From: Fibrobacter succinogenes | GTDB lineage: Bacteria > Fibrobacterota > Fibrobacteria > Fibrobacterales > Fibrobacteraceae | Assembly (NCBI GenBank): GCA_902767785.1 | Contig: CACXIR010000004.1 | Coordinates: 1 to 63,370 of the forward strand | Length of the DNA: 63,370 bases | Reading direction: 5' to 3' | Part shown: in pieces, positions 1 through 10,252 of the stretch | Layout of the letters: the number at the start of each line of letters is the position of its first letter | Numbering within the stretch: the stretch's first letter is position 1 | The notes under the pieces: generated by a model | The model's database searches: none | Seen by the model: the letters and a program-made list of their open reading frames with translations, nothing else | What the model was told of the DNA's origin: nothing | Made by a program: the position numbers and the translations under genes

Positions 1-378
1 ATCGCCGATATGCTCACCCGTATCCGCAATGCCGCTTCGGCAAAGCTCCCCGTGGTGGACATTCCTGCCAGCAACTTGAAGCGTGAAATCGCTCGCGTGC
101 TGCAGGAAAAAGGTTTCATTAAAAAGTTCGTCGTCGTGGAAGACGGCAAGCAGGGCATGCTCAAGGTTCTGCTCCGCTACACGAAGGGCGAATCCGCTAT
201 CCAGGGCATCCAGCGCGTTTCTTCGCCTGGTCTGCGTCACTACGTGGACGCTGCCAAGCTTCCTCGCGTCCGTAACGGCCTTGGCTATGCTATCATCTCC
301 ACATCTAAAGGCGTGATGACCGACCACGAAGCCCGCAAGGAAAACGTGGGTGGCGAAGTCATCGCAAAGGTATGGTGA
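1..378 (+). CDS. rpsH: 30S ribosomal protein S8 (5' end outside window)
   Basis: IADMLTRIRNA...ISTSKGVMTDHEARKENVGGEVIAKVW is a typical S8; the frame is open from base 1. Confidence 0.97.
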   Translation: MADMLTRIRNAASAKLPVVDIPASNLKREIARVLQEKGFIKKFVVVEDGKQGMLKVLLRYTKGESAIQGIQRVSSPGLRHYVDAAKLPRVRNGLGYAIISTSKGVMTDHEARKENVGGEVIAKVW

Positions 379-385
379 GGTAACA

Positions 386-925
386 ATGTCCCGTATCGGA
401 AAAGCTATTATCAATATCCCGGCTGGCGTTAAAGTCGCCGTCAATGGTCAGAACATCAAGGTGGAAGGCCCCAAGGGCAAGCTCGAGACCAACGTCCACG
501 AACTGATTTCCATCAAGCTCGAAGGCAACCAGCTTTCCTTCGCCCGTCCTGACGACCAGAAGTTCACCCGTGCTATCCACGGCACTACCCGCGCCCTCGT
601 CAACAACATGGTGGAAGGCGTTACCAAGGGTTTCCAGAAGACTCTGGAAATCGTCGGTGTGGGCTACCGCGTGGAACAGAAGGGCAAGGACTTGAACCTC
701 GTTCTCGGTTTCTCTCATCCGGTGATCTTCAAGGCTCCGGAAGGCGTGGAACTCAAGGCTGTCGATCCCCTGAAGATCACCATCTCCGGCATCGACAAAC
801 AGAAAGTTGGCCAGGCTGCCGCCGAAATCCGCAAGTACCGTCGTCCTGAACCGTATAAGGGCAAGGGCATCAAGTACGAAGGCGAAATCGTGCGTCGCAA
901 GCAAGGTAAGAAGACAGGTAAATAA
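386..925 (+). CDS. rplF: 50S ribosomal protein L6
   Basis: MSRIGK start after GAGG RBS; C-terminal RRPEPYKGKGIKY. Confidence 0.97.
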   Translation: MSRIGKAIINIPAGVKVAVNGQNIKVEGPKGKLETNVHELISIKLEGNQLSFARPDDQKFTRAIHGTTRALVNNMVEGVTKGFQKTLEIVGVGYRVEQKGKDLNLVLGFSHPVIFKAPEGVELKAVDPLKITISGIDKQKVGQAAAEIRKYRRPEPYKGKGIKYEGEIVRRKQGKKTGK

Positions 926-934
926 GGGTAAACT

Positions 935-1309
935 ATGACTGCAATTGCTAAGAAAAGAATCCAGTCCAGAATCGCACGCCATGCTCGTGTGCGCAAGTCT
1001 GTTGTCGGAACTGCAGAATGCCCTCGTTTGGCTGTTCGCCGTTCCTTGTCTCACATGGTCGCCCAGATTATCGATGACGCAAGCAACAAGTCTCTCGTTC
1101 AGGTTTCTACCACTGCCAAGGAATTCCAGGGCAAGTTCGGTGGCATGACTAAGTCCGAGCAGGCTAAGCAGCTGGGTCTCCAGGTTGCTGAAGTCGCGAA
1201 GTCCAAGGGCATTGAATCCGTGGTCTTTGACCGCGGCGGTTACATCTATCACGGTCGCGTTCAGGCTCTCGCTGAGGGAGCTCGTGAAGGCGGACTCTCA
1301 AGTTTCTGA
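935..1309 (+). CDS. rplR: 50S ribosomal protein L18 (last codons probably altered by a deletion near 1297)
   Basis: [41 protein letters not shown]; ends SSF rather than the usual xF. Confidence 0.93.
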   Translation: MTAIAKKRIQSRIARHARVRKSVVGTAECPRLAVRRSLSHMVAQIIDDASNKSLVQVSTTAKEFQGKFGGMTKSEQAKQLGLQVAEVAKSKGIESVVFDRGGYIYHGRVQALAEGAREGGLSSF

Positions 1310-1766
1310 ATTTGAAGACAAGGTTGTACACATCAACCGTTGCGCAAAGACCGTCAAGGGCGGTCGCCGCATGTCCTTCTCCGCTCTGGTTGTCGTTGGC
1401 AACAAGAACGGCAAGATTGGTGTGGGTCTCGGCAAGGCTAAGGAAGTTTCCGAAGCTATCCGCAAGGGTACCGAAGCCGCTCAGCGCAATATTGTTGAAG
1501 TGCAGCTCCTGGACGGCACCATCCCTCACGACATCGAAGTCAAGAGCGGTGCTACCCGCATCCTTTTGATGCCGGCTGCTCCGGGTACTGGCGTTATCGC
1601 CGGTGCTGCTGCCCGTGCCGTTCTTGAACTGGCCGGTGTGCACAACATCCTCACCAAGATTCACGGTTCTTCCAACCCCAGCACCGTCGTGCGCGCTTGC
1701 CTCGAAGGTCTGCTGGCCCAGAAGAACAAACAGGACTGCGCTGCTCTCCGCGGTGCTAATGTCTAA
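1299..1766 (+). CDS. rpsE: 30S ribosomal protein S5; start codon and RBS missing in this sequence
   Basis: [34 protein letters not shown]...[11 protein letters not shown]; no plausible start codon, overlaps the end of rplR. Confidence 0.9.
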   Translation, partial: QVSEFEDKVVHINRCAKTVKGGRRMSFSALVVVGNKNGKIGVGLGKAKEVSEAIRKGTEAAQRNIVEVQLLDGTIPHDIEVKSGATRILLMPAAPGTGVIAGAAARAVLELAGVHNILTKIHGSSNPSTVVRACLEGLLAQKNKQDCAALRGANV

Positions 1767-1777
1767 GGGGTAATACA

Positions 1778-1957
1778 ATGAAGAAAGTTCGTATTACTTT
1801 GATTAAGGGTACTGTCCGCCGCCTTCCGGTGCACCGCGCTAACGTGGCTGCTCTCGGTCTGCGTAAGATTGGACAGTCTGTTGAACACGTTTTGACCCCC
1901 AACATCCAGGGCATGATCAATGCCGTGGCTGACATGGTCAAGGTCGAGGAGATCTAA
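1778..1957 (+). CDS. rpmD: 50S ribosomal protein L30 (59 aa, not in ORF track)
   Basis: Manual translation MKKVRITLIKGTVRRLPVHRANVAALGLRKIGQSVEHVLTPNIQGMINAVADMVKVEEI; lies between rpsE and rplO. Confidence 0.93.
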   Translation: MKKVRITLIKGTVRRLPVHRANVAALGLRKIGQSVEHVLTPNIQGMINAVADMVKVEEI

Positions 1958-1958
1958 G

Positions 1959-2402
1959 ATGGAACTCAATACTCTCAATCCTGGCAAGGCTGCCAAGGGC
2001 AAGAGCCGCCGCCGTATTGGCCGCGGTCCTGGTTCCGGTTTTGGCACCACCGCTGGCCGTGGCCAGAAGGGTGCTGGCGCCCGTAAGAGCGCTAAGGCCG
2101 GCCGTGTCGCCTTTGAAGGCGGCCAGATGCCGATCCACCGTCGTGTTCCCAAGCGCGGTTTCAAGACCCGTTTTGCCAAGGACACGCAGATTGTGAACCT
2201 GAAGAAGCTCGCTTCTTGCAGCGTGACCGAGTTCGATGCCCAGGCTCTCTTTGACCAGGGATTCATCAAGAACATCGATCTTCCTGTCAAGATCCTTGCC
2301 TTCGGTGCAATCGACAAGGCTATCAACGTTAAGGTTAACGCTATCAGCGAAAAGGCCAAGGCTGCCATTGAAGCTGCTGGCGGAAAAGTCGAGATCGTCT
2401 AA
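1959..2402 (+). CDS. rplO: 50S ribosomal protein L15
   Basis: RIGRGPGSGFGTTAGRGQKG, FEGGQMPIHRRVPKRGF. Confidence 0.96.
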   Translation: MELNTLNPGKAAKGKSRRRIGRGPGSGFGTTAGRGQKGAGARKSAKAGRVAFEGGQMPIHRRVPKRGFKTRFAKDTQIVNLKKLASCSVTEFDAQALFDQGFIKNIDLPVKILAFGAIDKAINVKVNAISEKAKAAIEAAGGKVEIV

Positions 2403-3763
2403 TGGAAGCTCTCAAGAAAGCTATTGATGCGTTCGTCAATGCGTTCAAGATCGAGGACCTGCGTAAGAAGCTCCTTTTTACGCTGGGTATCTTGATTGTC
2501 TACCGCGTTGGCGCTCACATCACCATCCCCGGAGTGAATTCTGCCGTGCTGGCGGAGTTCTTCCGCAATTCGAATAATTTGTTTGGCCTGTATGACTCCT
2601 TTACCGGCGGTGCCTTCGCTAAAGCGACGGTGTTTGCCCTTGGTATCATGCCCTACATCAGCGCCTCCATTATCATCCAGCTCATGGGTTCGGTGATTCC
2701 CGCTATCCAGATGCTGCAGAAGGAGGGCCAAGAGGGCCGTGCCAGGCTGAACCAATATACTCGTTACTTCACGGTGGCTCTTGCCGCCCTGCAGGGATGG
2801 GGTATTTCCGTATGGCTTTCCTCACTGAAGGTGACGACTGCGACCGGCACGGGCGTTTCCGTCTTGGCTGACGATTTTGCCTCTGGTGTCGGGAACATCG
2901 GTTTCCGTTTGCTTGCTACCCTGACCTTCACTGCAGGTACCGTCTTCGTGATGTACCTGGGCGAACAGATTACTTCGCATGGTGTGGGTAACGGTATTTC
3001 TCTTATTATCTTCGCCGGTATCGTCGGCGGCTTCCCGCGAGCCGTTCTTGCCGAACTGGAAATGCTGAAGGAAGGTATCCAGCCCCTGGCCATCGAGATC
3101 TTTATCTTGGCCATTGTGGTGGTGATTATCGGCTTCATCGTTTTCGTGGAGCAGGCGAACCGTCGCATTCCACTCCAAAGTCCTCGCAGGACGGTGGGTT
3201 CCAAGGTTATGGGCGGTCAGTCCAGCTATTTGCCCTTCAAGGTGAATACCGCTGGCGTGATTCCCGTGATTTTCGCAAGCTGCATCATGTTCATTCCGGC
3301 CATGATCGCTTCTTGGTTCCCCAATATGTCTGCGATGCAGGCTTTCGCTACTGCCTTTATTCCGGGGCACATTACCTATAGTGTGTTCTACGGTCTCCTG
3401 ATTATTTTCTTCACCTTCTTCTACACGGCAATTCAGTACAACCCGAACGACATTGCCGAAAACCTGAAGAGGTCTGGAGGATTTATTCCGGGAATCCGTC
3501 CTGGCAAGAAAACGGCAGAGTATATTGACCACATTTTGACCCGAATCTCTCTTCCGGGGTCCCTGTTCCTCGCCTTAATCAGCGTGGGACCGCTTCACCT
3601 GAAAGACGCACTCAATATGAGTTTCTATATTGGGGGCACTTCGGTACTTATCGTGGTCGGTGTGGCGCTGGATACGCTTCGTCAGCTCGAAGCCCAGTTG
3701 CATACCAAGAATTATGAAGGTTTCCTGAAGCACGGCCGCATCCGCGGCAGGATGGCATCTTAG
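2402..3763 (+). CDS. secY: Preprotein translocase subunit SecY
   Basis: [51 protein letters not shown]. Confidence 0.97.
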   Translation: MEALKKAIDAFVNAFKIEDLRKKLLFTLGILIVYRVGAHITIPGVNSAVLAEFFRNSNNLFGLYDSFTGGAFAKATVFALGIMPYISASIIIQLMGSVIPAIQMLQKEGQEGRARLNQYTRYFTVALAALQGWGISVWLSSLKVTTATGTGVSVLADDFASGVGNIGFRLLATLTFTAGTVFVMYLGEQITSHGVGNGISLIIFAGIVGGFPRAVLAELEMLKEGIQPLAIEIFILAIVVVIIGFIVFVEQANRRIPLQSPRRTVGSKVMGGQSSYLPFKVNTAGVIPVIFASCIMFIPAMIASWFPNMSAMQAFATAFIPGHITYSVFYGLLIIFFTFFYTAIQYNPNDIAENLKRSGGFIPGIRPGKKTAEYIDHILTRISLPGSLFLALISVGPLHLKDALNMSFYIGGTSVLIVVGVALDTLRQLEAQLHTKNYEGFLKHGRIRGRMAS

Positions 3764-3981
3764 TGGCTAAAGAAGAAGGCATACAAGTAGAAGGCGTTGT
3801 GTTGGAAGCTCTCCCCAACGCATTCTTCCGTGTCCAGCTCGGAAATGGCCACGAGATTCTAGCCCACGTTTCAGGAAAAATGCGTCGGCATTTCATCCGA
3901 ATTTTGCCGGACGACAAAGTGTTGGTAGAAATCTCCCCCTACGACCTCAATCGTGGGCGGATAACTTACCGTTACAAGTAA
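3763..3981 (+). CDS. infA: Translation initiation factor IF-1 (GTG start)
   Basis: [10 protein letters not shown]...[17 protein letters not shown]...[12 protein letters not shown]. Confidence 0.96.
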   Translation: MAKEEGIQVEGVVLEALPNAFFRVQLGNGHEILAHVSGKMRRHFIRILPDDKVLVEISPYDLNRGRITYRYK

Positions 3982-4007
3982 TAGGTATTCAAAAGAAGGT
4001 CAAACCT

Positions 4008-4124
4008 ATGAAAATCAAAGCCTCCATCAAACCCAGATGTGAAAACTGCAAGATCATCCGTCGCAAGGGTGTATTGCGTATCATCTGTTCGAAGAACCCC
4101 CGTCACAAGCAGAAGCAGGGATAA
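4008..4124 (+). CDS. rpmJ: 50S ribosomal protein L36 (Zn-ribbon type, not in ORF track)
   Basis: Manual translation [38 protein letters not shown]. Confidence 0.95.
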   Translation: MKIKASIKPRCENCKIIRRKGVLRIICSKNPRHKQKQG

Positions 4125-4133
4125 GGAGATCGT

Positions 4134-4470
4134 ATGGCACGTATCGCTGGTGTCGATTTACCGAAAAACAAGACCGTTTCTGTTCACCGCTAACAAGGTC
4201 TGTGCCCAGCTGGGTATCGACAAGAACAAGAAGTGCGATGACCTGACCGAAGAAGAACAAGGTAAGATTCGTCATCTTCTGGAAGACGAATACTCCGTGG
4301 AAGGTCAGCTCCGCGCAGAAATCACCTTGAACATTAAGCGTTTGCAGGATATTGGCTGCTATCGCGGCATCCGCCACCGCAAGGGCCTCCCGGTCCGCGG
4401 TCAGCGTTCCCGCACCAATGCCCGCACTCGTAAGGGCCCCAAGAAAACTGTGGCTAACAAGAAGAAGTAA
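4134..4470 (+). CDS. rpsM: 30S ribosomal protein S13, frameshifted at 4178/4179 by an apparent deletion
   Basis: [15 protein letters not shown] in one frame, then LFTANKVC...[22 protein letters not shown] in another; the conserved LTxIYGxG segment is absent. Confidence 0.9.
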
Positions 4471-4481
4471 GGAGATTCCTC

Positions 4482-4928
4482 GTGGCTGAAGAAGAAATCA
4501 AGGAAACTGCCGCCGCCGCTCCCGAAGCGACCGCCGCAGCTGCTACTGAAGAAGTCAAGGTCAAGAAGGGCAAGAAGCGTATCGACGTCCAGGGTATTGC
4601 CTGCGTTAACGCCACCTTCAACAACACAATCGTTTCTATCACCGATGCTCGCGGTAACGTGGTTGCATGGGGTTCCCCCGGTAATGCCGGTTTCAAGGGT
4701 TCCCGCAAGAGCACTCCGTTTGCTGCTCAGCTGGCTGCCGAAGCCGCTGCCCACAAGGCATTCGACCTCGGCATGCGCAAGGTGGATGTCCGCGTCAAGG
4801 GTGCCGGTGGTGGTCGTGAGTCCGCCGTCCGCGCTATCAAGAATGCGGGCCTCGAAGTCCTCTCTATTCGGGACGTGACGGGCATTCCTCACAACGGTTG
4901 CCGTCCTAAAAAGAAGAGAAGAGTCTAA
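4482..4928 (+). CDS. rpsK: 30S ribosomal protein S11 (GTG start, Ala/Glu-rich N-terminal extension)
   Basis: [39 protein letters not shown]. Confidence 0.96.
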   Translation: MAEEEIKETAAAAPEATAAAATEEVKVKKGKKRIDVQGIACVNATFNNTIVSITDARGNVVAWGSPGNAGFKGSRKSTPFAAQLAAEAAAHKAFDLGMRKVDVRVKGAGGGRESAVRAIKNAGLEVLSIRDVTGIPHNGCRPKKKRRV

Positions 4929-4946
4929 TCCAAAGAGGTATCGCCT

Positions 4947-5894
4947 ATGATGTGGAAATCACTTCAAATGCCGCGCAGCTTCCAGAAAGTGGAAACCGGC
5001 GAAAACGGCCGCTACGCCAAGTTCGTGGTAGAGGCCTTGGAACGTGGCTGGGGTATCACCCTCGGTAACGCTCTGCGCCGTACGCTCCTTTCTTCCCTGC
5101 AGGGTGCGGCTATTGTCTCCGTGAAAATCGAAGGCGTTGAAAAGGAATTTTCAACCATTCCCGGTGTCAAGGAAGATGTCACCGACATTATCCTGAATCT
5201 CAAGAGCATCCGCGTGAAGCTCCTTTCCGACCATGACGAAACCCTTCACCTGGATGTTTCCGGTGATGGCGAAGTCACCGCCAAGTCCTTTATGGAAAAT
5301 CCGGGCGTTGTCATTTTGACTCCCGATGTCCATATCGCTACCTTGAACGGCAATGCTTCCCTGTCCATGGACGTGAAGATCTCCAGCGGCCGCGGCTTTG
5401 TCCGTGCCGACGAATTGAAGGATGCGAATGCTCCTATTGGCGTGATTGCTACCGATGCGAATTTCAACCCCGTTCAGAAGGTTGCAATGCACATCAGCGA
5501 TACCCGCGTTGGACAGCGTACCGACACTGACGGCTCCATTGACCCCGAAGACGCTTTGGCCTACGCTGCCAAGCTCCTGGTGGATCACTTGGAAATCTTC
5601 ATCAACTTCGAAGGCGACCTTCAGTCTCCCGAAGAAGTGGAAATGGACGAAGAACGTCAGCGTATTGCAGAACTCCTCCGTACCCGCGTGGACGAACTGG
5701 AACTTTCCGTTCGCTCCAGCAACTGCCTGCGTATGGCCAACATCCATACCGTTGGCGACCTGGTACGCAACAAGGAAAACGATATGCTCAAATACAAGAA
5801 CTTCGGTCGGAAGTCCTTGGTGGAACTTAACGAGGTGTTGACCTCCATGGGCCTTTCCTTTGGCATGGACGTCGATGACTACTTGAAGGATTAA
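4947..5894 (+). CDS. rpoA: RNA polymerase alpha subunit (apparent in-frame loss of about 9 aa at 5525/5526)
   Basis: LERGWGITLGNALRRTLLSSLQG, ELELSVRSSNCL, KNFGRKSLVE. Confidence 0.96.
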   Translation: MMWKSLQMPRSFQKVETGENGRYAKFVVEALERGWGITLGNALRRTLLSSLQGAAIVSVKIEGVEKEFSTIPGVKEDVTDIILNLKSIRVKLLSDHDETLHLDVSGDGEVTAKSFMENPGVVILTPDVHIATLNGNASLSMDVKISSGRGFVRADELKDANAPIGVIATDANFNPVQKVAMHISDTRVGQRTDTDGSIDPEDALAYAAKLLVDHLEIFINFEGDLQSPEEVEMDEERQRIAELLRTRVDELELSVRSSNCLRMANIHTVGDLVRNKENDMLKYKNFGRKSLVELNEVLTSMGLSFGMDVDDYLKD

Positions 5895-5896
5895 AA

Positions 5897-6370
5897 ATGA
5901 GACACGGTGTAAAAAACAAGAAACTCGGCGTTAACGCCCAGCACAAGCGTGCCATCCTCCGCGCCCTTGCCACTTCCATTATCGGAAAGGGCATGGAAAC
6001 CGAACAGGGCAAGCGCTATGTGCGTACTACCCTCCACAAGGCTAAGCTTGTCCGTGGCTACGTTGACCGCATGGTTACCTATGCCAAGAAGGGCGACCTT
6101 TCTGCCCGTCGTGAAGCTGCCCGCTTCATTATGGACCCCAAGGTGCTCCAGGACCTGTTCGCCACCATTGGCCCCCGCTATGCAAACCGCAACGGTGGCT
6201 ATACCCGCGTGCTGAAGCTTGGCCCCAACCGCGCCGGTGACGCTTCCGAAATGGCCCTGGTTGGCCTGGTGGAAGACGAAATCGTCGCCAAGGAAAAGAA
6301 GGCTGCTGCTGAACCTGCCAAGGCCGATGCCGTGAGCATGGTGGAAGGCGAAGGCAAGTCCGCCGAATAA
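5897..6370 (+). CDS. rplQ: 50S ribosomal protein L17
   Basis: MRHG start, RNGGYTRVLKLG, RAGDASEMA. Confidence 0.96.
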   Translation: MRHGVKNKKLGVNAQHKRAILRALATSIIGKGMETEQGKRYVRTTLHKAKLVRGYVDRMVTYAKKGDLSARREAARFIMDPKVLQDLFATIGPRYANRNGGYTRVLKLGPNRAGDASEMALVGLVEDEIVAKEKKAAAEPAKADAVSMVEGEGKSAE

Positions 6371-6385
6371 TTCCTGAAAAATTAT

Positions 6386-6418
6386 AGACGCCCCGCTTTT
6401 CTAGGCGGGGTGTTTTTT
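6386..6418 (+). terminator. Intrinsic terminator of the spc-alpha operon
   Basis: GACGCCCCGC..GCGGGGTGTT stem followed by a T tract. Confidence 0.85.
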
Positions 6419-6454
6419 GTATCTTTTTAGGACATTGGCTATTGGTAACGGATT

Positions 6455-7609
6455 ATGCCTCATGTAGTTATATGTATTTTGCTCTTGTCGGTTCTGCAAT
6501 TGTTTGCTGCAGACGTTGGAATGGGTTTTTCTCCGCCGGTTTCCAATCGTAGCAACATTTCCTTGAATCCGGCTTATGCAGACCAACAGGTGGATTCCAA
6601 TTATGTGTTGGGTCCCGGCGATTTCTTGGACCTGGTGCTGGAGAATAACTATGTGACGGTCCAGGTTTATCCGGATGGTTCAATAGCTGTAGAAGAATGT
6701 GGTGCCGTGAATGTGGGCGGCAAGACTTTTGCCGAGGCCAAGCGCCTTATTTTGGACCTGGTTTCGGTGCGTTATAAGAGGGAATATTGTTTCGTTCAGT
6801 TGGCCGCCCTGAAAAAATTTAGGGTAAGCGCCATGGGCGCAGTCACGTTGGTTGGCCAGCATTTAGTAGAACCCCAGACCCGTTTAAGCTTTTTTATAAG
6901 GCAGATTGGCGGCCTTCTTTTGAATTCCAATAGCGAAGACGTCCAGGTGATTCGCGGTGTCGACACTTTGCATATAGACTACAATGCCATGGCCGCCAAA
7001 GGAGAGTTCTCCTCTGACGTAATACTGCAGCAGGGCGACAAGATATACGTCCCTTTCTTGCCGGTGGAAGACAACGTGGTGCTGATTTTCCCGGACTCCA
7101 GGGCAAGCATTGCATACCGTTTAGACCGCACCCTGCAGGATTACTACGATTTTGCAGATGGGGGCCGCATGAACAACCGCGGTTACAAGTCGGTGTGCGT
7201 GCGGGAACCCGGAAAGCCTATCCGTTGGATTAATCCGTCTGAAATGAAACAGATCAAGGTTGCTCCCAATACCGAAGTGGAATTCACCATCCAGGAGCTG
7301 CTCGTCTACGTAGGTGGAGCCGTGAATTTTATAGGCAAGTATCCCTACAACCCGTCTTGGCATGCCATAGACTATATCGCTGCAGCCGGAATAAACATTA
7401 TGACCGGTAGCTGGGGACAGGTGAAGGTTTGGCGTGGTAGCAATCCCGATGCCATTTCGGTAAAGGTGGCCGAGGACGAAATTTTGCCTGGTGACTTGAT
7501 TGAGATTCCCAGGAGCCGCTATGAAACGTTCAAGGATTTTACCTTGTTCCTTGCATCCTTGCTAACCGTGATTTCTTCTGCACTCATTATTTATACTACC
7601 ACCAGGTGA
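6455..7609 (+). CDS. Polysaccharide export protein (Wza/SLBB domain type)
   Basis: Signal peptide, YVLGPGD motif, repeated SLBB-like segments (LQQGDKIYVP, ILPGDLIEIP), C-terminal TM helix. Confidence 0.75.
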   Translation: MPHVVICILLLSVLQLFAADVGMGFSPPVSNRSNISLNPAYADQQVDSNYVLGPGDFLDLVLENNYVTVQVYPDGSIAVEECGAVNVGGKTFAEAKRLILDLVSVRYKREYCFVQLAALKKFRVSAMGAVTLVGQHLVEPQTRLSFFIRQIGGLLLNSNSEDVQVIRGVDTLHIDYNAMAAKGEFSSDVILQQGDKIYVPFLPVEDNVVLIFPDSRASIAYRLDRTLQDYYDFADGGRMNNRGYKSVCVREPGKPIRWINPSEMKQIKVAPNTEVEFTIQELLVYVGGAVNFIGKYPYNPSWHAIDYIAAAGINIMTGSWGQVKVWRGSNPDAISVKVAEDEILPGDLIEIPRSRYETFKDFTLFLASLLTVISSALIIYTTTR

Positions 7610-7613
7610 TTTT

Positions 7614-8846
7614 ATGAGACAGCAGGAATCACTAAGCTTTATAGAAGTATGCCTTCGGTTGATGAACAACAACCTGAGGCGTTTCAAGCTTTTTTCTGCT
7701 ATTGTGCTTATTCCCACCCTTGTCACGTTTGTTTTGGTGATGTGGGTGATAGACCCTGTTTACAGGGCTCTTGCCATAGTTACACCGCCGGCTAGTTCCC
7801 AAAGCCCCCTCTCTAGCGGGCTTGGTAGCCTTTTGAGTGGTGGAGGATCTTCTGGCAAGAGCGGCATGGGCGGGTTGAGTGCCATGCTAAAAATGTCGCC
7901 TTCTGCCGATGACGTAGACGTGGTGTGGACCATATTCAATTCCTGGGAATTGCATTACCAGGTTATTCAGGAATTTAACCTAGCGAAACATTATAAGTTC
8001 AAGGGCAAGTATGCTGCAGACTTGCTGAAAAAATTCAGGAAGAATTTTGATATCGAGACCAACAAAGAGGACATGCTTCAAATAACGGTGGAAGATACGG
8101 ATTACAAGCTTGCTGCGCAGATTGTGGAATTTATGCTGGAAAAGGCGGATTCGGCTTTTAACGAGTATAAGACCACGCAAGCAAGGCAATCCAGACTTTA
8201 CCTGCAGAGCAGGCTTGATTCTTGCGAAAAGAACTTGAAGAGCCTGATGAAGAAGTTCTCAAAGTTCCAGGTGGATAACAATTTCTATGATCCCAGGGTT
8301 CAGATGGAGTCTACCATCAGGTACCTGGGCGGTCTTCAGGAGCGTCGTGAAACCTTGTCGATGGAAATGGCCTACGAAAAGGACGACCGGGGTGAGAACA
8401 GCAAGCGCTACGACCAGCTCCACAAGCGCTACAACACCGTCAATTCTGCCCTGCAGGAAGCTTTGGATGGAAAGGATAAGGATCTTGGCCTGGTGGCTTT
8501 GAAAAATTCGCCGAAGCTGAGTTCGGAGTATCTGCAATACGAATCGGAAATAAAAATCCAGAGTGCCTTGTACCAGATGTTGTGGGTGCAGAGCGAAGAA
8601 ATGCGGTTGGAAGAATCGAAAAAGTTGACGAACCTTCACGTGCTGGAACCGCCTTGGGAAAACAACAAGAAGGTGTACCCCTTAAGGGCTATCATGATGA
8701 TCTTCGTGTTCACCCTTGCCTTTATTTTGGCAACAGTGGTGTGCAATCTGATGGCGTTCTTTGAATCCGAAGAAGAAAAGGGCACCAGCTTGGCTAAGCA
8801 ATGGATTGCGTTGAAGGGCGTATTTAAAAGAAACAAGGGACGCTAA
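7614..8846 (+). CDS. Polysaccharide chain-length determinant (Wzz/Wzc-like)
   Basis: Two TM helices flanking a coiled-coil periplasmic region; Pro-rich motif before TM2; context. Confidence 0.7.
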   Translation: MRQQESLSFIEVCLRLMNNNLRRFKLFSAIVLIPTLVTFVLVMWVIDPVYRALAIVTPPASSQSPLSSGLGSLLSGGGSSGKSGMGGLSAMLKMSPSADDVDVVWTIFNSWELHYQVIQEFNLAKHYKFKGKYAADLLKKFRKNFDIETNKEDMLQITVEDTDYKLAAQIVEFMLEKADSAFNEYKTTQARQSRLYLQSRLDSCEKNLKSLMKKFSKFQVDNNFYDPRVQMESTIRYLGGLQERRETLSMEMAYEKDDRGENSKRYDQLHKRYNTVNSALQEALDGKDKDLGLVALKNSPKLSSEYLQYESEIKIQSALYQMLWVQSEEMRLEESKKLTNLHVLEPPWENNKKVYPLRAIMMIFVFTLAFILATVVCNLMAFFESEEEKGTSLAKQWIALKGVFKRNKGR

Positions 8847-10252
8847 TGTTTTCCTGGATTGTAGATAATCCGGTAAGTTCCGTTCTCTTTTTTGTGTCTT
8901 TTGTTTGTTTGGTCCAGGCGTGGCTTCTCAAGAAAGATTTTTTTTCTCCCGTTAACATTTATTGTTTTTCACAGTGTATAACGCTGGCCGTGGCCTATTT
9001 AAAACTGGACCACGCCATGACTGATTTTAAACTTAAGACTTGGATTTTTTGGATTGGCGCGTTGGTGTGTTTTTGCGCTGGCGGTTTTTTGGTAAATCTG
9101 GTGGCTAGGATAAAAAGCTGTCCTGTTAATTGCAATCCCTGTGTTAGGCAATATGGCTACAATTGGAAATTGCACGTGCTGTTGGCCTTTGGGACGTTCT
9201 TGATGTTCTTGGTTGGAGTTGCTGGAATTGTCCATACGGCGGGCCAGCTGCTTGTTTTTGTAGATGATCCTGCTGAATGGATGACTCAGGAACCCCGGTT
9301 TGGCTACTTTGGCATTTTTTTTAGCGGGGGGCCACTGACGGTCCTTTTGTTTGCCCTTTCTTCTTTCTCAAGGTTTAATCCGGTAAAGTCGCTACGGATG
9401 GTTTCCCGCTTTATGGTGGTGTTTACCATTATTTTTGCTTTTTTGGCATACCCCAACCGAACCTCCCTGTTTTTTAGCATTGGTTTTATAATAATCCTGT
9501 ACAACTACTTGCACAAAAGGGTATCTGCTTTTTGGATGTTGTTTTCCTTGGTTTTTGCTATTGGAGCGTTTATGGGAATAAGCGCTTTGAGGTCTCAGCA
9601 GTACATGGGTTCCCTGAAAAAAAATGCCGTAAATATGGTAGCGCTATTACCATACAGGTATGTAGCCAATAATTACTGGAATCTTGATTATGCCATTAAT
9701 CCGACTAGCGATATGGAACGGCACCCGCCCACATACGGTATAGACTTTTTTAGTGGGATGCTTGAATACACAGGAATGACAACAAAGATAAAGAAAAGCA
9801 ATCGTTGGGATTCGCCTTTCCAAGAGAGCGTCCAGAAAAGGGATGGATTTAATACGGTAAGCTACCTATGGGAAGTTTATAAGGATTGGGGATTTTTCGG
9901 AGTGTTACTAGTACCCCTGATTTGTGGAATGGCGTTGTCAGTGTTTTATTTGCGCCTAAGTAAACCCTATACGCCAAGAGATATAGCGTTTTACACCTAC
10001 TTTATTTATTTTGTGGGCTGGTGGTTCTTTTCGCCGAGCTACAAGCAGGGGCTTTATTGGTTCTGGATGTTTTTGCTCTACTTTGTTACAACCGTATGTA
10101 TGAAGTGCTTGCCTTTACCAGCCAATGCGCCGGTTCTTGACAAAGTAAGTAGCGAGGAAGAGGGTGAGGAACAAGTCTCCGCTCAAGGTGAGGAAGGGGA
10201 TGCTGCTGGGCTCGCTAAGCCTGGCCCCGAAGGCACAAATGCCGATGTTTAA
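8846..10252 (+). CDS. O-antigen/oligosaccharide repeat polymerase (Wzy-like)
   Basis: About 10-11 TM segments; FNTVSYLWEVYKDWGFFG motif; context. Confidence 0.65.
   Translation: MFSWIVDNPVSSVLFFVSFVCLVQAWLLKKDFFSPVNIYCFSQCITLAVAYLKLDHAMTDFKLKTWIFWIGALVCFCAGGFLVNLVARIKSCPVNCNPCVRQYGYNWKLHVLLAFGTFLMFLVGVAGIVHTAGQLLVFVDDPAEWMTQEPRFGYFGIFFSGGPLTVLLFALSSFSRFNPVKSLRMVSRFMVVFTIIFAFLAYPNRTSLFFSIGFIIILYNYLHKRVSAFWMLFSLVFAIGAFMGISALRSQQYMGSLKKNAVNMVALLPYRYVANNYWNLDYAINPTSDMERHPPTYGIDFFSGMLEYTGMTTKIKKSNRWDSPFQESVQKRDGFNTVSYLWEVYKDWGFFGVLLVPLICGMALSVFYLRLSKPYTPRDIAFYTYFIYFVGWWFFSPSYKQGLYWFWMFLLYFVTTVCMKCLPLPANAPVLDKVSSEEEGEEQVSAQGEEGDAAGLAKPGPEGTNADV

Noticed and set aside
1185-1298. Upstream TTG start for rpsE inside rplR
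   Set aside because: The translated extension is not S5-like and has no RBS; a missing segment explains the junction better
4170-4190. Programmed frameshift in rpsM
   Set aside because: Conserved residues are physically absent, so a frameshift could not restore the protein
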